A stretch of 33,600 nucleotides of DNA from a virus. Lineage: Duplodnaviria > Heunggongvirae > Uroviricota > Caudoviricetes. Within the stretch, counting starts at the first letter, position 1, and every line of letters starts with the position of its first letter. The DNA is taken from IMG/VR virus record IMGVR_UViG_2534681900_000010. One strand, 5' to 3'. Made by a program: the position numbers and the translations under genes. Positions 17,067 to 25,858 of the stretch are shown in pieces. The notes beneath the pieces were generated by a model that worked only from the letters and a program-made list of their open reading frames with translations, had not been told where the DNA came from and ran no database searches.

Positions 17067-17492
17067 ATGAAGAAATTATCCCTTTCACTGATGCTGAACG
17101 TGTCGCTGGCGCTGATGCTGGCACTGTCCCTGATTTACCCGCAGAGCGTGGCCGTCAGTTTTGTCGCCGCCTGGGCGATTCTGGCGACGGTTATCTGTGT
17201 GGTTGCCGGTGGTGTCGGCGTGTATGCCACTGAGTATGTACTGGAACGCTACGGGCGGGAGCTGCCGCCGGAATCGCTGGCCGTGAAGATTGTCACGTCG
17301 CTGTTTTTGCAGCCGGTGCCGTGGCGCAGACGGGCGGCGGCTCTGGTGGTGATGGTGGCGACGTTTATCTCGCTGGTCGCTGCCGGGTGGATTTTTACCG
17401 CGCTGATTTATCTTGTGGCGTCGCTGTTTTTCCGGCTGATACGTAAAGCCTGTCGTCAGCGTCTTGAGGGGCGGGAACTATGTCAAAGCTGA
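17067..17492 (+). CDS. lysA: Lysis timing membrane protein LysA
   Basis: 141-aa multi-transmembrane protein at the P2 lysA position. Confidence 0.8.
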   Translation: MKKLSLSLMLNVSLALMLALSLIYPQSVAVSFVAAWAILATVICVVAGGVGVYATEYVLERYGRELPPESLAVKIVTSLFLQPVPWRRRAAALVVMVATFISLVAAGWIFTALIYLVASLFFRLIRKACRQRLEGRELCQS

Positions 17493-17905
17493 TGATTGTG
17501 CTGGTCGTGTTGTTATCGCTGGCGGTGGCCGGTCTGTTTCTGGCGAAGCACAAAAATGCCAGCCTGCGCGCCTCGCTGGACAGGGCGAATAACGTCGCCA
17601 GTGAACAGCAGACGACCATCACCATGCTGAAAAATCAGCTTCATGTTGCCATCACCAGGGCAGACAAAAACGAGCTGGCGCAGGTGGCACTGCGTCAGGA
17701 ACTGGAGAACGCCGCGAAGCGTGAAGCACAGCGCGAGAAAACCATCACGAGGTTACTCAATGAAAACGAAGATTTTCGCCGCTGGTACGGTGCTGACCTG
17801 CCTGATGCTGTGCGCCGGTTGCACCAGCGCCCGGCCTGCGCAGACGCCAGTGATTGTCCACAACGCCTGCCCGAAAGTGAGCCTTTGCCCGATGCCGGGC
17901 AGTGA
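17480..17905 (+). CDS. lysB: Spanin inner-membrane subunit (Rz-like) LysB
   Basis: 141 aa with an N-terminal transmembrane helix (MSKLMIVLVVLLSLAVAGLFLA) and a coiled-coil-like periplasmic part. Confidence 0.8.
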   Translation: MSKLMIVLVVLLSLAVAGLFLAKHKNASLRASLDRANNVASEQQTTITMLKNQLHVAITRADKNELAQVALRQELENAAKREAQREKTITRLLNENEDFRRWYGADLPDAVRRLHQRPACADASDCPQRLPESEPLPDAGQ

Positions 17906-18050
17906 CCCGCAGAAGAACGGCGATTTAAGTGCCGATATCCGGCTGCTTGAGAACGCGCTGGCACGCTGTGCCAGCCAGGTAAAAATGATTAAACACTGTC
18001 AGGACGAAAACGATGCTCAAACCCGACAGCCTGCGCAGGGCGCTGACTGA
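17760..18050 (+). CDS. lysC: Spanin outer-membrane lipoprotein (Rz1-like) LysC
   Basis: 96-aa ORF in the +1 frame overlapping the lysB 3' end; lipoprotein signal with lipobox (MKTKIFAAGTVLTCLMLCAGC). Confidence 0.75.
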   Translation: MKTKIFAAGTVLTCLMLCAGCTSARPAQTPVIVHNACPKVSLCPMPGSDPQKNGDLSADIRLLENALARCASQVKMIKHCQDENDAQTRQPAQGAD

Positions 18051-18480
18051 TGCCGTCACGGTGCTGAAAACTAACCCCGATATGCTGCGGATATTCGTGG
18101 ATAACGGGAGTATTGCCTCCACACTGGCGACGTCGCTGTCATTCGAAAAGCGTTACACGCTCAATGTCATTGTGACCGACTTTACCGGTAATTTTGACCT
18201 GCTCATCGTGCCGGTGCTGGCGTGGCTGCGGGAAAATCAGCCCGACATCATGACCACCGACGAAGGCCAGAAAAAGGGCTTCACGTTTTATGCGGACATC
18301 AACAATGACAGCAGCTTTGATATCAGTATCAGCCTGATGCTGACCGAGCGCACGCTGGTCAGTGAGGTTGAAGGTGCGCTGCATGTGAAGAATATCCCGG
18401 AACCCCCGCCGCCGGAGCCGGTCACCCGCCCGGTGGAGCTTTATATCAATGGTGAACTGGTGAGCAAGTGGGATGAATGA
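18013..18480 (+). CDS. R: Tail completion protein R
   Basis: 155 aa; position and size as recalled for P2 gpR. Confidence 0.85.
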   Translation: MLKPDSLRRALTDAVTVLKTNPDMLRIFVDNGSIASTLATSLSFEKRYTLNVIVTDFTGNFDLLIVPVLAWLRENQPDIMTTDEGQKKGFTFYADINNDSSFDISISLMLTERTLVSEVEGALHVKNIPEPPPPEPVTRPVELYINGELVSKWDE

Positions 18481-18925
18481 GTTTAAGCGTTTTGAAGACC
18501 GGCTGACCGGACTTATTGAATCGCTGTCACCGTCAGGGCGTCGGCGACTGAGTGCCGAACTGGCGAAACGTCTGCGGCAGAGTCAGCAGCGCCGGGTGAT
18601 GGCACAGAAAGCCCCGGACGGCACACCCTACGCACCACGCCAGCAGCAGAGCGCCAGAAAAAAGACCGGTCGTGTTAAGCGAAAAATGTTTGCGAAACTT
18701 ATCACCAGTCGTTTTTTGCATATCCGCGCCAGCCCGGAACAGGCATCAATGGAATTTTACGGCGGGAAGTCACCGAAAATCGCCAGTGTGCATCAGTTTG
18801 GTCTGTCGGAAGAAAACCGGAAAGACGGTAAGAAAATTGATTATCCGGCGCGCCCTCTGCTCGGCTTCACCGGTGAGGATGTGCAGATGATTGAAGAGAT
18901 TATCCTGTCTCACCTCGACCGTTAG
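18473..18925 (+). CDS. S: Tail completion protein S
   Basis: 150 aa; position and size as recalled for P2 gpS; overlaps the R stop. Confidence 0.85.
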   Translation: MNEFKRFEDRLTGLIESLSPSGRRRLSAELAKRLRQSQQRRVMAQKAPDGTPYAPRQQQSARKKTGRVKRKMFAKLITSRFLHIRASPEQASMEFYGGKSPKIASVHQFGLSEENRKDGKKIDYPARPLLGFTGEDVQMIEEIILSHLDR

Positions 18926-18991
18926 TTGTGCCATTCCCGACACCTCATCGTCACATTGCCGCCGGTATGACCCGGCGGCATCCTTCCCGTT

Positions 18992-19633
18992 ATGAACACA
19001 CTCGCAAATATTCAGGAACTCGCGCGCGCACTGCGCAACATGATTCGCACCGGCGTTATCGTCGAAACCGACCTTAACGCCGGTCGCTGCCGTGTGCAGA
19101 CCGGCGGCATGTGTACCGACTGGCTGCAGTGGCTGACCCATCGCGCCGGACGTTCGCGCACATGGTGGGCACCTTCCGTGGGGGAACAGGTGCTGATTCT
19201 GGCTGTGGGCGGTGAACTCGACACGGCGTTCGTTCTGCCGGGGATTTATTCCGGCGATAACCCCGCGCCGTCTGCGTCGGCGGATGCCCTGCATATCCGT
19301 TTCCCTGACGGGGCGGTGATTGAGTATGAACCTGAAACCAGTGCACTCACGGTAAGCGGAATTAAAACGGCCAGCGTGACGGCTTATGATTCTGTTACCG
19401 CCACGGTGCCGGTGGTCATGGTGAAAGCGTCAACCCGCGTCACCCTGGACACGCCGGAGGTGGTCTGCACAAACAAGCTGATCACCGGCACGCTGGAAGT
19501 GCAGAAGGGCGGGAAGATGCACGGCAACATCGAGCATACCGACGGGAAATTCACTTCTAACGGCGTTCAGGTGGATGACCACGGTCACGGTGGTGTTAAG
19601 TCAGGAGACAACTGGACACAGGGGACAAAATGA
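18992..19633 (+). CDS. V: Baseplate spike protein
   Basis: 213 aa at the P2 gpV position, starting the V-W-J-I-H-G operon. Confidence 0.85.
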   Translation: MNTLANIQELARALRNMIRTGVIVETDLNAGRCRVQTGGMCTDWLQWLTHRAGRSRTWWAPSVGEQVLILAVGGELDTAFVLPGIYSGDNPAPSASADALHIRFPDGAVIEYEPETSALTVSGIKTASVTAYDSVTATVPVVMVKASTRVTLDTPEVVCTNKLITGTLEVQKGGKMHGNIEHTDGKFTSNGVQVDDHGHGGVKSGDNWTQGTK

Positions 19634-19977
19634 CAGCACGTTATCTCGGAATGAATCGCAGTGATGGCCTGACGGTCACTGACCTTGAGCATATCAGCCA
19701 GAGTATCGGCGATATCCTGCGCACGCCGGTCGGCTCACGGGTGATGCGTCGTGATTACGGCTCGTTGCTGGCGTCAATGATTGACCAGCCGCAGACCCCG
19801 GCGCTTGAGTTGCAGATTAAGGTCGCCTGTTACATGGCGGTGCTGAAATGGGAACCCCGCGTCACCCTGTCATCCGTTACCACGGCGCGCAGCTTTGACG
19901 GGCGAATGACGGTCACGTTAACCGGCCAGCACAACGACACCGGCCAGCCACTTTCATTAACCATCCCTGTGAGTTGA
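19630..19977 (+). CDS. W: Baseplate wedge protein (gp25-like)
   Basis: 115 aa; size and position as recalled for P2 gpW. Confidence 0.85.
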   Translation: MTARYLGMNRSDGLTVTDLEHISQSIGDILRTPVGSRVMRRDYGSLLASMIDQPQTPALELQIKVACYMAVLKWEPRVTLSSVTTARSFDGRMTVTLTGQHNDTGQPLSLTIPVS

Positions 19978-19981
19978 AACC

Positions 19982-20890
19982 ATGCCGATTATCGACCTGA
20001 ACCAGCTACCCGCACCGGATGTGGTCGAGGAGCTGGACTTTGAAACCATTCTTGCCGAACGCAAGGCGACACTGATTTCCCTTTACCCGGAAGACCAGCA
20101 GGAGGCGGTCGCCCGTACCCTGACGCTGGAATCCGAGCCTCTCGTCAAACTGCTGGAGGAAAATGCTTATCGTGAGCTTATCTGGCGTCAGCGTGTGAAC
20201 GAGGCCGCACGGGCGGTGATGCTGGCCTGTGCCGCCGGTAATGACCTTGATGTGATTGGTGCCAATTACAACACCACGCGTCTGACTATCACCCCGGCAG
20301 ATGATTCGACTATCCCGCCGACACCGGCAGTGATGGAATCTGATACCGATTATCGTCTGCGTATTCAGCAGGCGTTTGAGGGCTTAAGCGTCGCCGGGTC
20401 GGTGGGAGCCTATCAGTATCATGGTCGCAGTGCCGACGGGCGTGTCGCGGATATCTCTGTCACCAGTCCGTCTCCGGCCTGCGTCACCATCTCTGTGCTG
20501 TCCCGTGAAAATAACGGTGTCGCATCCGAAGACCTGCTGGCGGTGGTGCGTAACGCCCTTAATGGCGAGGACGTCAGACCGGTGGCCGACCGCGTGACCG
20601 TGCAGTCTGCCGCCATCGTTGAATACCAGATAAACGCCACGCTTTACCTTTACCCTGGTCCCGAAAGCGAACCCATTCGCGCGGCCGCCGTGAAAAAGCT
20701 GGAAGCGTACATCACGGCACAGCACCGGCTGGGGCGCGACATCCGTCTGTCTGCCATTTATGCCGCTTTGCATGTGGAAGGCGTGCAGCGTGTCGAACTG
20801 ACTGCACCGCTGGCCGACATCGTGCTCAACAGTACGCAGGCGTCTTTCTGTACCGAATACCGCGTCGTGACCGGAGGCTCGGATGAGTGA
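19982..20890 (+). CDS. J: Baseplate protein J
   Basis: 302 aa; size and position as recalled for P2 gpJ. Confidence 0.85.
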   Translation: MPIIDLNQLPAPDVVEELDFETILAERKATLISLYPEDQQEAVARTLTLESEPLVKLLEENAYRELIWRQRVNEAARAVMLACAAGNDLDVIGANYNTTRLTITPADDSTIPPTPAVMESDTDYRLRIQQAFEGLSVAGSVGAYQYHGRSADGRVADISVTSPSPACVTISVLSRENNGVASEDLLAVVRNALNGEDVRPVADRVTVQSAAIVEYQINATLYLYPGPESEPIRAAAVKKLEAYITAQHRLGRDIRLSAIYAALHVEGVQRVELTAPLADIVLNSTQASFCTEYRVVTGGSDE

Positions 20891-21413
20891 TTCGCGACTG
20901 CTGCCGACCGGCTCATCACCGCTTGAAGTCGCCGCTGCAAAAGCCTGTGCGGAAATTGAAAAAACGCCGGTCAGTATTCGTGAGCTGTGGAACCCGGACA
21001 CCTGTCCGGCAAATCTGCTGCCGTGGCTGGCGTGGGCGTTTTCGGTCGACAGGTGGGATGAAAAGTGGCCGGAAGCGACAAAACGCGCCGTTATCCGCGA
21101 TGCCTATTTCATCCACTGTCATAAAGGCACTGTCGGCGCAATCCGGCGTGTGGTGGAGCCGCTCGGCTATCTCATCAATGTGACGGAGTGGTGGGAAAAC
21201 AATGACCCGCCCGGCACCTTCCGGCTCGATATTGGTGTACTGGAAAGCGGCATCACAGAGGAAATGTATCTGGAAATGGAACGGCTGATTGCCGATGCCA
21301 AACCCGCAAGTCGCCACCTTATCGGTCTGAACATTATCCAGGACATTCCCGGCTATCTGTATACAGGCGGTGTGGTCTGTGATGGTGATGTTATTACTGT
21401 TTATCCCGGATAA
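20883..21413 (+). CDS. I: Baseplate protein I
   Basis: 176 aa; overlaps the J stop; size and position as recalled for P2 gpI. Confidence 0.85.
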   Translation: MSDSRLLPTGSSPLEVAAAKACAEIEKTPVSIRELWNPDTCPANLLPWLAWAFSVDRWDEKWPEATKRAVIRDAYFIHCHKGTVGAIRRVVEPLGYLINVTEWWENNDPPGTFRLDIGVLESGITEEMYLEMERLIADAKPASRHLIGLNIIQDIPGYLYTGGVVCDGDVITVYPG

Positions 21414-21423
21414 GTGAGAAACA

Positions 21424-24183
21424 ATGAGCACGAAATTTAAAACCGTTATCACTACTGCCGGAGCCGCAAAGCTGGCAGCCGCCACTGTCCCCGGCGGGAA
21501 AAAAGTAAACCTGTCTGCAATGGCCGTGGGTGACGGTAATGGCAAATTGCCGGTGCCGGATGCCGGTCAGACGAAACTGGTGCATGAGGTCTGGCGTCAC
21601 GCTCTGAATAAAGTCAGCGTGGATAACAAGAATAAAAACTATATCGTGGCTGAACTGGTTGTACCGCCCGAAGTGGGCGGCTTCTGGATGCGTGAGCTTG
21701 GTCTGTATGACGATGCCGGAACACTGATTGCGGTATCCAACATGGCAGAAAGCTATAAGCCAGAACTGGCTGAAGGCTCCGGACGTGCGCAGACCTGCCG
21801 CATGGTTATTATTCTCAGCAACGTGGCGTCCGTTGAGCTGAGTATTGATGCCAGCACGGTGATGGCGACGCAGGATTACGTCGATGACAAAATCGCAGAG
21901 CATGAGCAGTCCCGCCGCCATCCTGACGCCACGCTGACAGAAAAAGGTTTTACTCAGTTAAGCAGTGCAACAAACAGCACCAGTGAAAAGCTGGCGGCAA
22001 CGCCAAAAGCGGTCAAGGCAGCAAATGACAACGCAAATTCACGTCTGGCGAAAAATCAGAACGGTGCAGATATCCAGGATAAATCAGTTTTTCTGGACAA
22101 TGTTGGCGTTACCAGCCTGACGTTTATGAAAAACAATGGCGAAATGCCGCTTGATGCTGATCTGAATACATTTGGTCCCGTTAAGGCTTATCTGGGGATC
22201 TGGTCTAAAGCTACCTCAACTAACGCAACACTGGAGAAAAATTTCCCGGAAGATAATGCTGTCGGTGTGCTTGAGGTTTTTGCTGCCGGCAATTTTGCAG
22301 GTACGCAACGCTTTACCACAAGAGACGGCAATGTATACATGCGTAAACTCGCCAATAAGTGGAATGGCACTGATGGTCCGTGGGGCGTATGGCGTCACAC
22401 TCAATCAGCTACCCGCCCTTTGAGTACGACTATAGACCTGAATACGCTTGGAGCCGCCGAACATCTTGGTTTATGGCGTAACAGTAGCTCGGCTATAGCT
22501 TCATATGAACGCAATTATCCAGAGGAAGGCGGCTTTGCTCAGGGGACGCTTGAGATCCTCGAAGGCGGGAATTATGGAAGAACGCAACGTTATACCACTC
22601 GCCGTGGAAATATGTATGTCCGCTGCCTTGCGGCAAGCTGGGATGCATCAAATCCGCAGTGGGAACCGTGGTTAAGAGTCGGTCATCAGTCAGAGAGTCG
22701 TTATTACGAAGGTGATTTGAATGATGTAACCTCACCAGGTATTTACAGCGTTACAGGTAAAGCGACCAACGGTCCAGTACTGGACGGAAACGGCGTGACT
22801 GTACTCGGCATTCTGGAAGTGTTGAGGCGGTTTGATGGTGTTAATGTATGGCAGCGTTATACAACTGCCGGAACAGGTACAACCCTTAAAGGCCGCACCT
22901 TTGAGCGCGTCTTTACCGGCAGCTCATGGAGCGAATGGCGGGAAGTCTACACCTCGTATTCACTTCCCCTGAATCTGGGTATCGGCGGTGCTGTGGCAAA
23001 GCTCACCAGCCTGGACTGGCAGACCTACGATTTTGTGCCGGGCAGTCTGATAACCGTTAGGCTGGATAATATGACCAATATTCCCGACGGTATGGACTGG
23101 GGCGTCATTGATGGCAACCTGATAAACATCGCAGTTGGTCCGAGTGATGATTCCGGTACGGGGCGCTCAATGCATGTATGGCGCAGCACTGTAAGTAAAG
23201 CGAACTACCGATTTTTTATGGTGCGTATTTCAGGAAATCCGGGAAGCCGCACGATCACAGCAAGACGAGTACCAATCATTGACGAAGCCCAGACATGGGG
23301 CGCGAAACAGACATTCAGTGCTGGCCTTTCTGGTGAACTGTCCGGCAATGCGGCGACAGCAACAAAGCTGAAAACAGCCCGTAAAATTAATAACGTTTCG
23401 TTTGATGGAACATCAGATATTAACCTGACGCCGAAAAATATTGGTGCATTTGCTTCAGGAAAAACAGGAGACACCGTTGCGAATGATAAAGCCGTTGGGT
23501 GGAACTGGAGTAGCGGAGCCTATAACGCAACTACTGGTGGGGCATCAACGTTAATTCTTCATTTTAATATCGGTGAAGGAAGTTGTCCCGCCGCCCAGTT
23601 CCGCGTTAATTATAAGAACGGCGGTATTTTTTATCGTTCTGCTCGTGACGGTTACGGATTCGAGGCTGACTGGTCTGAGTTTTATACCACAACGCGAAAA
23701 CCTACAGCGGGAGATGTCGGTGCACTGCCGTTATCTGGTGGTCAATTGAATGGTGCTCTGGGTATAGGAACATCCAGTGCTCTTGGCGGTAATTCGATTG
23801 TTTTGGGTGATAATGACACGGGCTTTAAACAAAATGGTGATGGTAATCTGGATGTTTATGCTAATAGCGTCCATATTATGCGCTTTGTCTCGGGAAGTAT
23901 TCAAAGTAATAAAACCATAAATATTACGGGGCGTGTTAATCCCTCGGATTACGGTAACTTTGATTCCCGCTATGTCCGGGATATCCGGCTTGGTGGTGCT
24001 GCCACATACAAACCTGCGAACAATGGCATGACATGGACACATCAGGCACCGTCCGGGTGTGTATATTCCGGCATTATTGTTCAGGATACCGGCTCAAACT
24101 CTGCCGATAACATTGGTGGTGTATATTACAGGCCGGTTCAGAAATACATTAACGGGACATGGTATAACGTGGCGCAGGTATAA
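21424..24183 (+). CDS. H: Tail fibre protein (enlarged relative to P2 H)
   Basis: 919 aa. The N-terminal part is a conserved baseplate-attachment region, followed by tandem repeats and the ATATKLKTARKINNVSFDGTSDINLTPKNIGAF tail-fibre motif. P2 H is recalled as about 670 aa. Confidence 0.9.
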   Translation: MSTKFKTVITTAGAAKLAAATVPGGKKVNLSAMAVGDGNGKLPVPDAGQTKLVHEVWRHALNKVSVDNKNKNYIVAELVVPPEVGGFWMRELGLYDDAGTLIAVSNMAESYKPELAEGSGRAQTCRMVIILSNVASVELSIDASTVMATQDYVDDKIAEHEQSRRHPDATLTEKGFTQLSSATNSTSEKLAATPKAVKAANDNANSRLAKNQNGADIQDKSVFLDNVGVTSLTFMKNNGEMPLDADLNTFGPVKAYLGIWSKATSTNATLEKNFPEDNAVGVLEVFAAGNFAGTQRFTTRDGNVYMRKLANKWNGTDGPWGVWRHTQSATRPLSTTIDLNTLGAAEHLGLWRNSSSAIASYERNYPEEGGFAQGTLEILEGGNYGRTQRYTTRRGNMYVRCLAASWDASNPQWEPWLRVGHQSESRYYEGDLNDVTSPGIYSVTGKATNGPVLDGNGVTVLGILEVLRRFDGVNVWQRYTTAGTGTTLKGRTFERVFTGSSWSEWREVYTSYSLPLNLGIGGAVAKLTSLDWQTYDFVPGSLITVRLDNMTNIPDGMDWGVIDGNLINIAVGPSDDSGTGRSMHVWRSTVSKANYRFFMVRISGNPGSRTITARRVPIIDEAQTWGAKQTFSAGLSGELSGNAATATKLKTARKINNVSFDGTSDINLTPKNIGAFASGKTGDTVANDKAVGWNWSSGAYNATTGGASTLILHFNIGEGSCPAAQFRVNYKNGGIFYRSARDGYGFEADWSEFYTTTRKPTAGDVGALPLSGGQLNGALGIGTSSALGGNSIVLGDNDTGFKQNGDGNLDVYANSVHIMRFVSGSIQSNKTINITGRVNPSDYGNFDSRYVRDIRLGGAATYKPANNGMTWTHQAPSGCVYSGIIVQDTGSNSADNIGGVYYRPVQKYINGTWYNVAQV
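22159..22960 (+). repeat. Three tandem ~92-aa coding repeats inside tail fibre gene H
   Basis: Repeat units start at 22159 (DLNTFGPVKAYLGIW...), 22435 (DLNTLGAAEHLGLW...) and 22714 (DLNDVTSPGIYSV...). Each carries G.LE(V/I)...QR(F/Y)TT..G..Y.R...W..W. Periods are 276 and 279 nt. Confidence 0.7.
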
Positions 24184-24186
24184 TTT

Positions 24187-24714
24187 ATGCAGCATTTGAA
24201 AAATATTACGGCGGGTAATCCAAAAACGGTTGAACAATATCAATTGACAAAGGGTTTTGATGTTGTCTGGTTTTTTTCAGAAGATGGTAAGAACTGGTAC
24301 GAAGAACAAAAGTATTTTGCTGATGACACGATAAAAATAGCGTACGACAAAGATAATATTATCCGCTATGTGGAAAAGGATGTGACAGCTATCAGACCGG
24401 ATGGATTAAGTGTTGTTGAAGTGGCGGATATTACTGCTAACCGACGGGCGGACATTTCAGGGGGCTGGATGTTTAAGGACGGCAAAGTGATTAAACGCAT
24501 TTATACGGCAGAGGAATTGCTGCAGCAGGCAGAAAACCGGAAAGCCAGACTTCTTGCAGATGCTGAATCCGTGATTTTGCCGCTGGAGCGCGCGGTCAGA
24601 CTGAACATGGCAACAGATGAGGAGCGTAGCCGACTGGATGCATGGGAGCGTTACAGCGTTCTGGTCAGTCGTGTGGATCCTGCAAATCCTGAATGGCCGG
24701 AAATGCCGCAATAA
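24187..24714 (+). CDS. G: Tail fibre assembly chaperone
   Basis: 175 aa immediately after H; size and position as recalled for P2 gpG. Confidence 0.85.
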   Translation: MQHLKNITAGNPKTVEQYQLTKGFDVVWFFSEDGKNWYEEQKYFADDTIKIAYDKDNIIRYVEKDVTAIRPDGLSVVEVADITANRRADISGGWMFKDGKVIKRIYTAEELLQQAENRKARLLADAESVILPLERAVRLNMATDEERSRLDAWERYSVLVSRVDPANPEWPEMPQ

Positions 24715-24935
24715 GTTGTATGATCTCTGGAGTGAGCAAACGTATCTATGGCACAGAGTAAAGCCTAATCTGACAGGCCGCTCTGTGTCTGGAGTAGATT
24801 TTAGTAAAGCATTATTTTATTAGTGCAAATTCTAATCAATACATTTTATGTATATGATATCCTGCAGACTTTAATGACTTGGTTTAGGCTAACCAGATAA
24901 CACTGAAGGAATATTTTTGATAATTAAGGTGCGGT

Positions 24936-25529
24936 ATGTTTACTAAGCGACGATTAAAAAATATTAACTGGGAGGCAAGTTCAGTGATTCTTGCTATGGT
25001 TCTCTTTGTTGGAAATATATTTTATACAAATCATCGTGATGATATAAGCATGGAGGCTGAGAGGGACAGTATCAGAACAATGTTTGCATATGAAATCGCT
25101 AATAACCATCGCGCTCTCACTTTTCTTGATAAAACGAGATATATTGGCTTTGACGAAAATTCGGAGCATTTTGTTGGCGAGCCTTTTGCCATTAATGTCA
25201 AATCATTAGGGGGGCCTCGCTTACAGATTGCATTAAACCAGAGTGATAAAGTGTTTAAATCCTACTTCAGCGAATTAAGTAAGCTTGATAAAGAGGATGT
25301 TACTCTTCTTATGGACTATTACCATGAGCAAAGCATCCTGCTGGAGCGTGTAAAATCTACGTTACAGAAGATGAAAAGTGGTAATGATATTAAAGTTGAT
25401 ATTGATGGTTACTTATTAGAAGAACACTTCATGAATGAGCTTAATCTTTCTAATATTTTGCTTAAACGCTATAGCCATTTGTTGTCACAACACGCCAAAG
25501 AACATAAAACAAAAGATTTACATAATTGA
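24936..25529 (+). CDS. Hypothetical membrane-anchored protein (197 aa) at the Z/fun accessory locus
   Basis: AT-rich ORF between G and FI. RBS AAGGTG 6 nt upstream. N-terminal hydrophobic segment SSVILAMVLFVGNIFY after a basic MFTKRRLK start. No recognisable catalytic motif. Confidence 0.6.
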   Translation: MFTKRRLKNINWEASSVILAMVLFVGNIFYTNHRDDISMEAERDSIRTMFAYEIANNHRALTFLDKTRYIGFDENSEHFVGEPFAINVKSLGGPRLQIALNQSDKVFKSYFSELSKLDKEDVTLLMDYYHEQSILLERVKSTLQKMKSGNDIKVDIDGYLLEEHFMNELNLSNILLKRYSHLLSQHAKEHKTKDLHN

Positions 25530-25735
25530 TAATCTGCTAATGGTTATTCATGGGGTAACTATGTTTTATATGTAATCCAACTCAGATGAATTATTGATTC
25601 TGGATAATAACCGCAGAGCGGCATATACCCTGACAGGCAAATGTCCGCTTCTTGTTCAAAGCAGACCGTCAGATTTGATAACTTTTGGGCTATGTAAATT
25701 GTCAGTCGGAAAATGAGTGAGTTCAAATCAGGACA

Positions 25736-25759
25736 GGCGGGCGAATTGCCCGCCTTTTC
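25736..25759 (+). terminator. Rho-independent terminator
   Basis: GGCGGGC-gaatt-GCCCGCC hairpin followed by TTTTCTTT. Confidence 0.7.
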
Positions 25760-25858
25760 TTTATCTGTTGTTTCATCCACTGACCAGCCAGGTCAAATAG
25801 CGTCTCATGCTCTGCACAACAGAAAATAGTTGCACCCATTAACCACGGAGTTAAACGG
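25760..25858 (+). promoter_or_regulatory. Putative late promoter region for the FI operon
   Basis: Position only (upstream of FI, downstream of a terminator). An Ogr-type site was not convincingly identified by eye. Confidence 0.35.

Noticed and set aside
20384-21921. Long minus-strand ORFs (205, 209 and 175 aa) antisense to J, I and the start of H
   Set aside because: Antisense to a contiguous co-directional baseplate operon; the compositions are those of reverse-frame artefacts.
25559-25780. 73-aa minus-strand ORF in the G-to-FI intergenic region
   Set aside because: It spans the rho-independent terminator hairpin at 25736-25759, has no RBS, and would be transcribed against both flanking operons.
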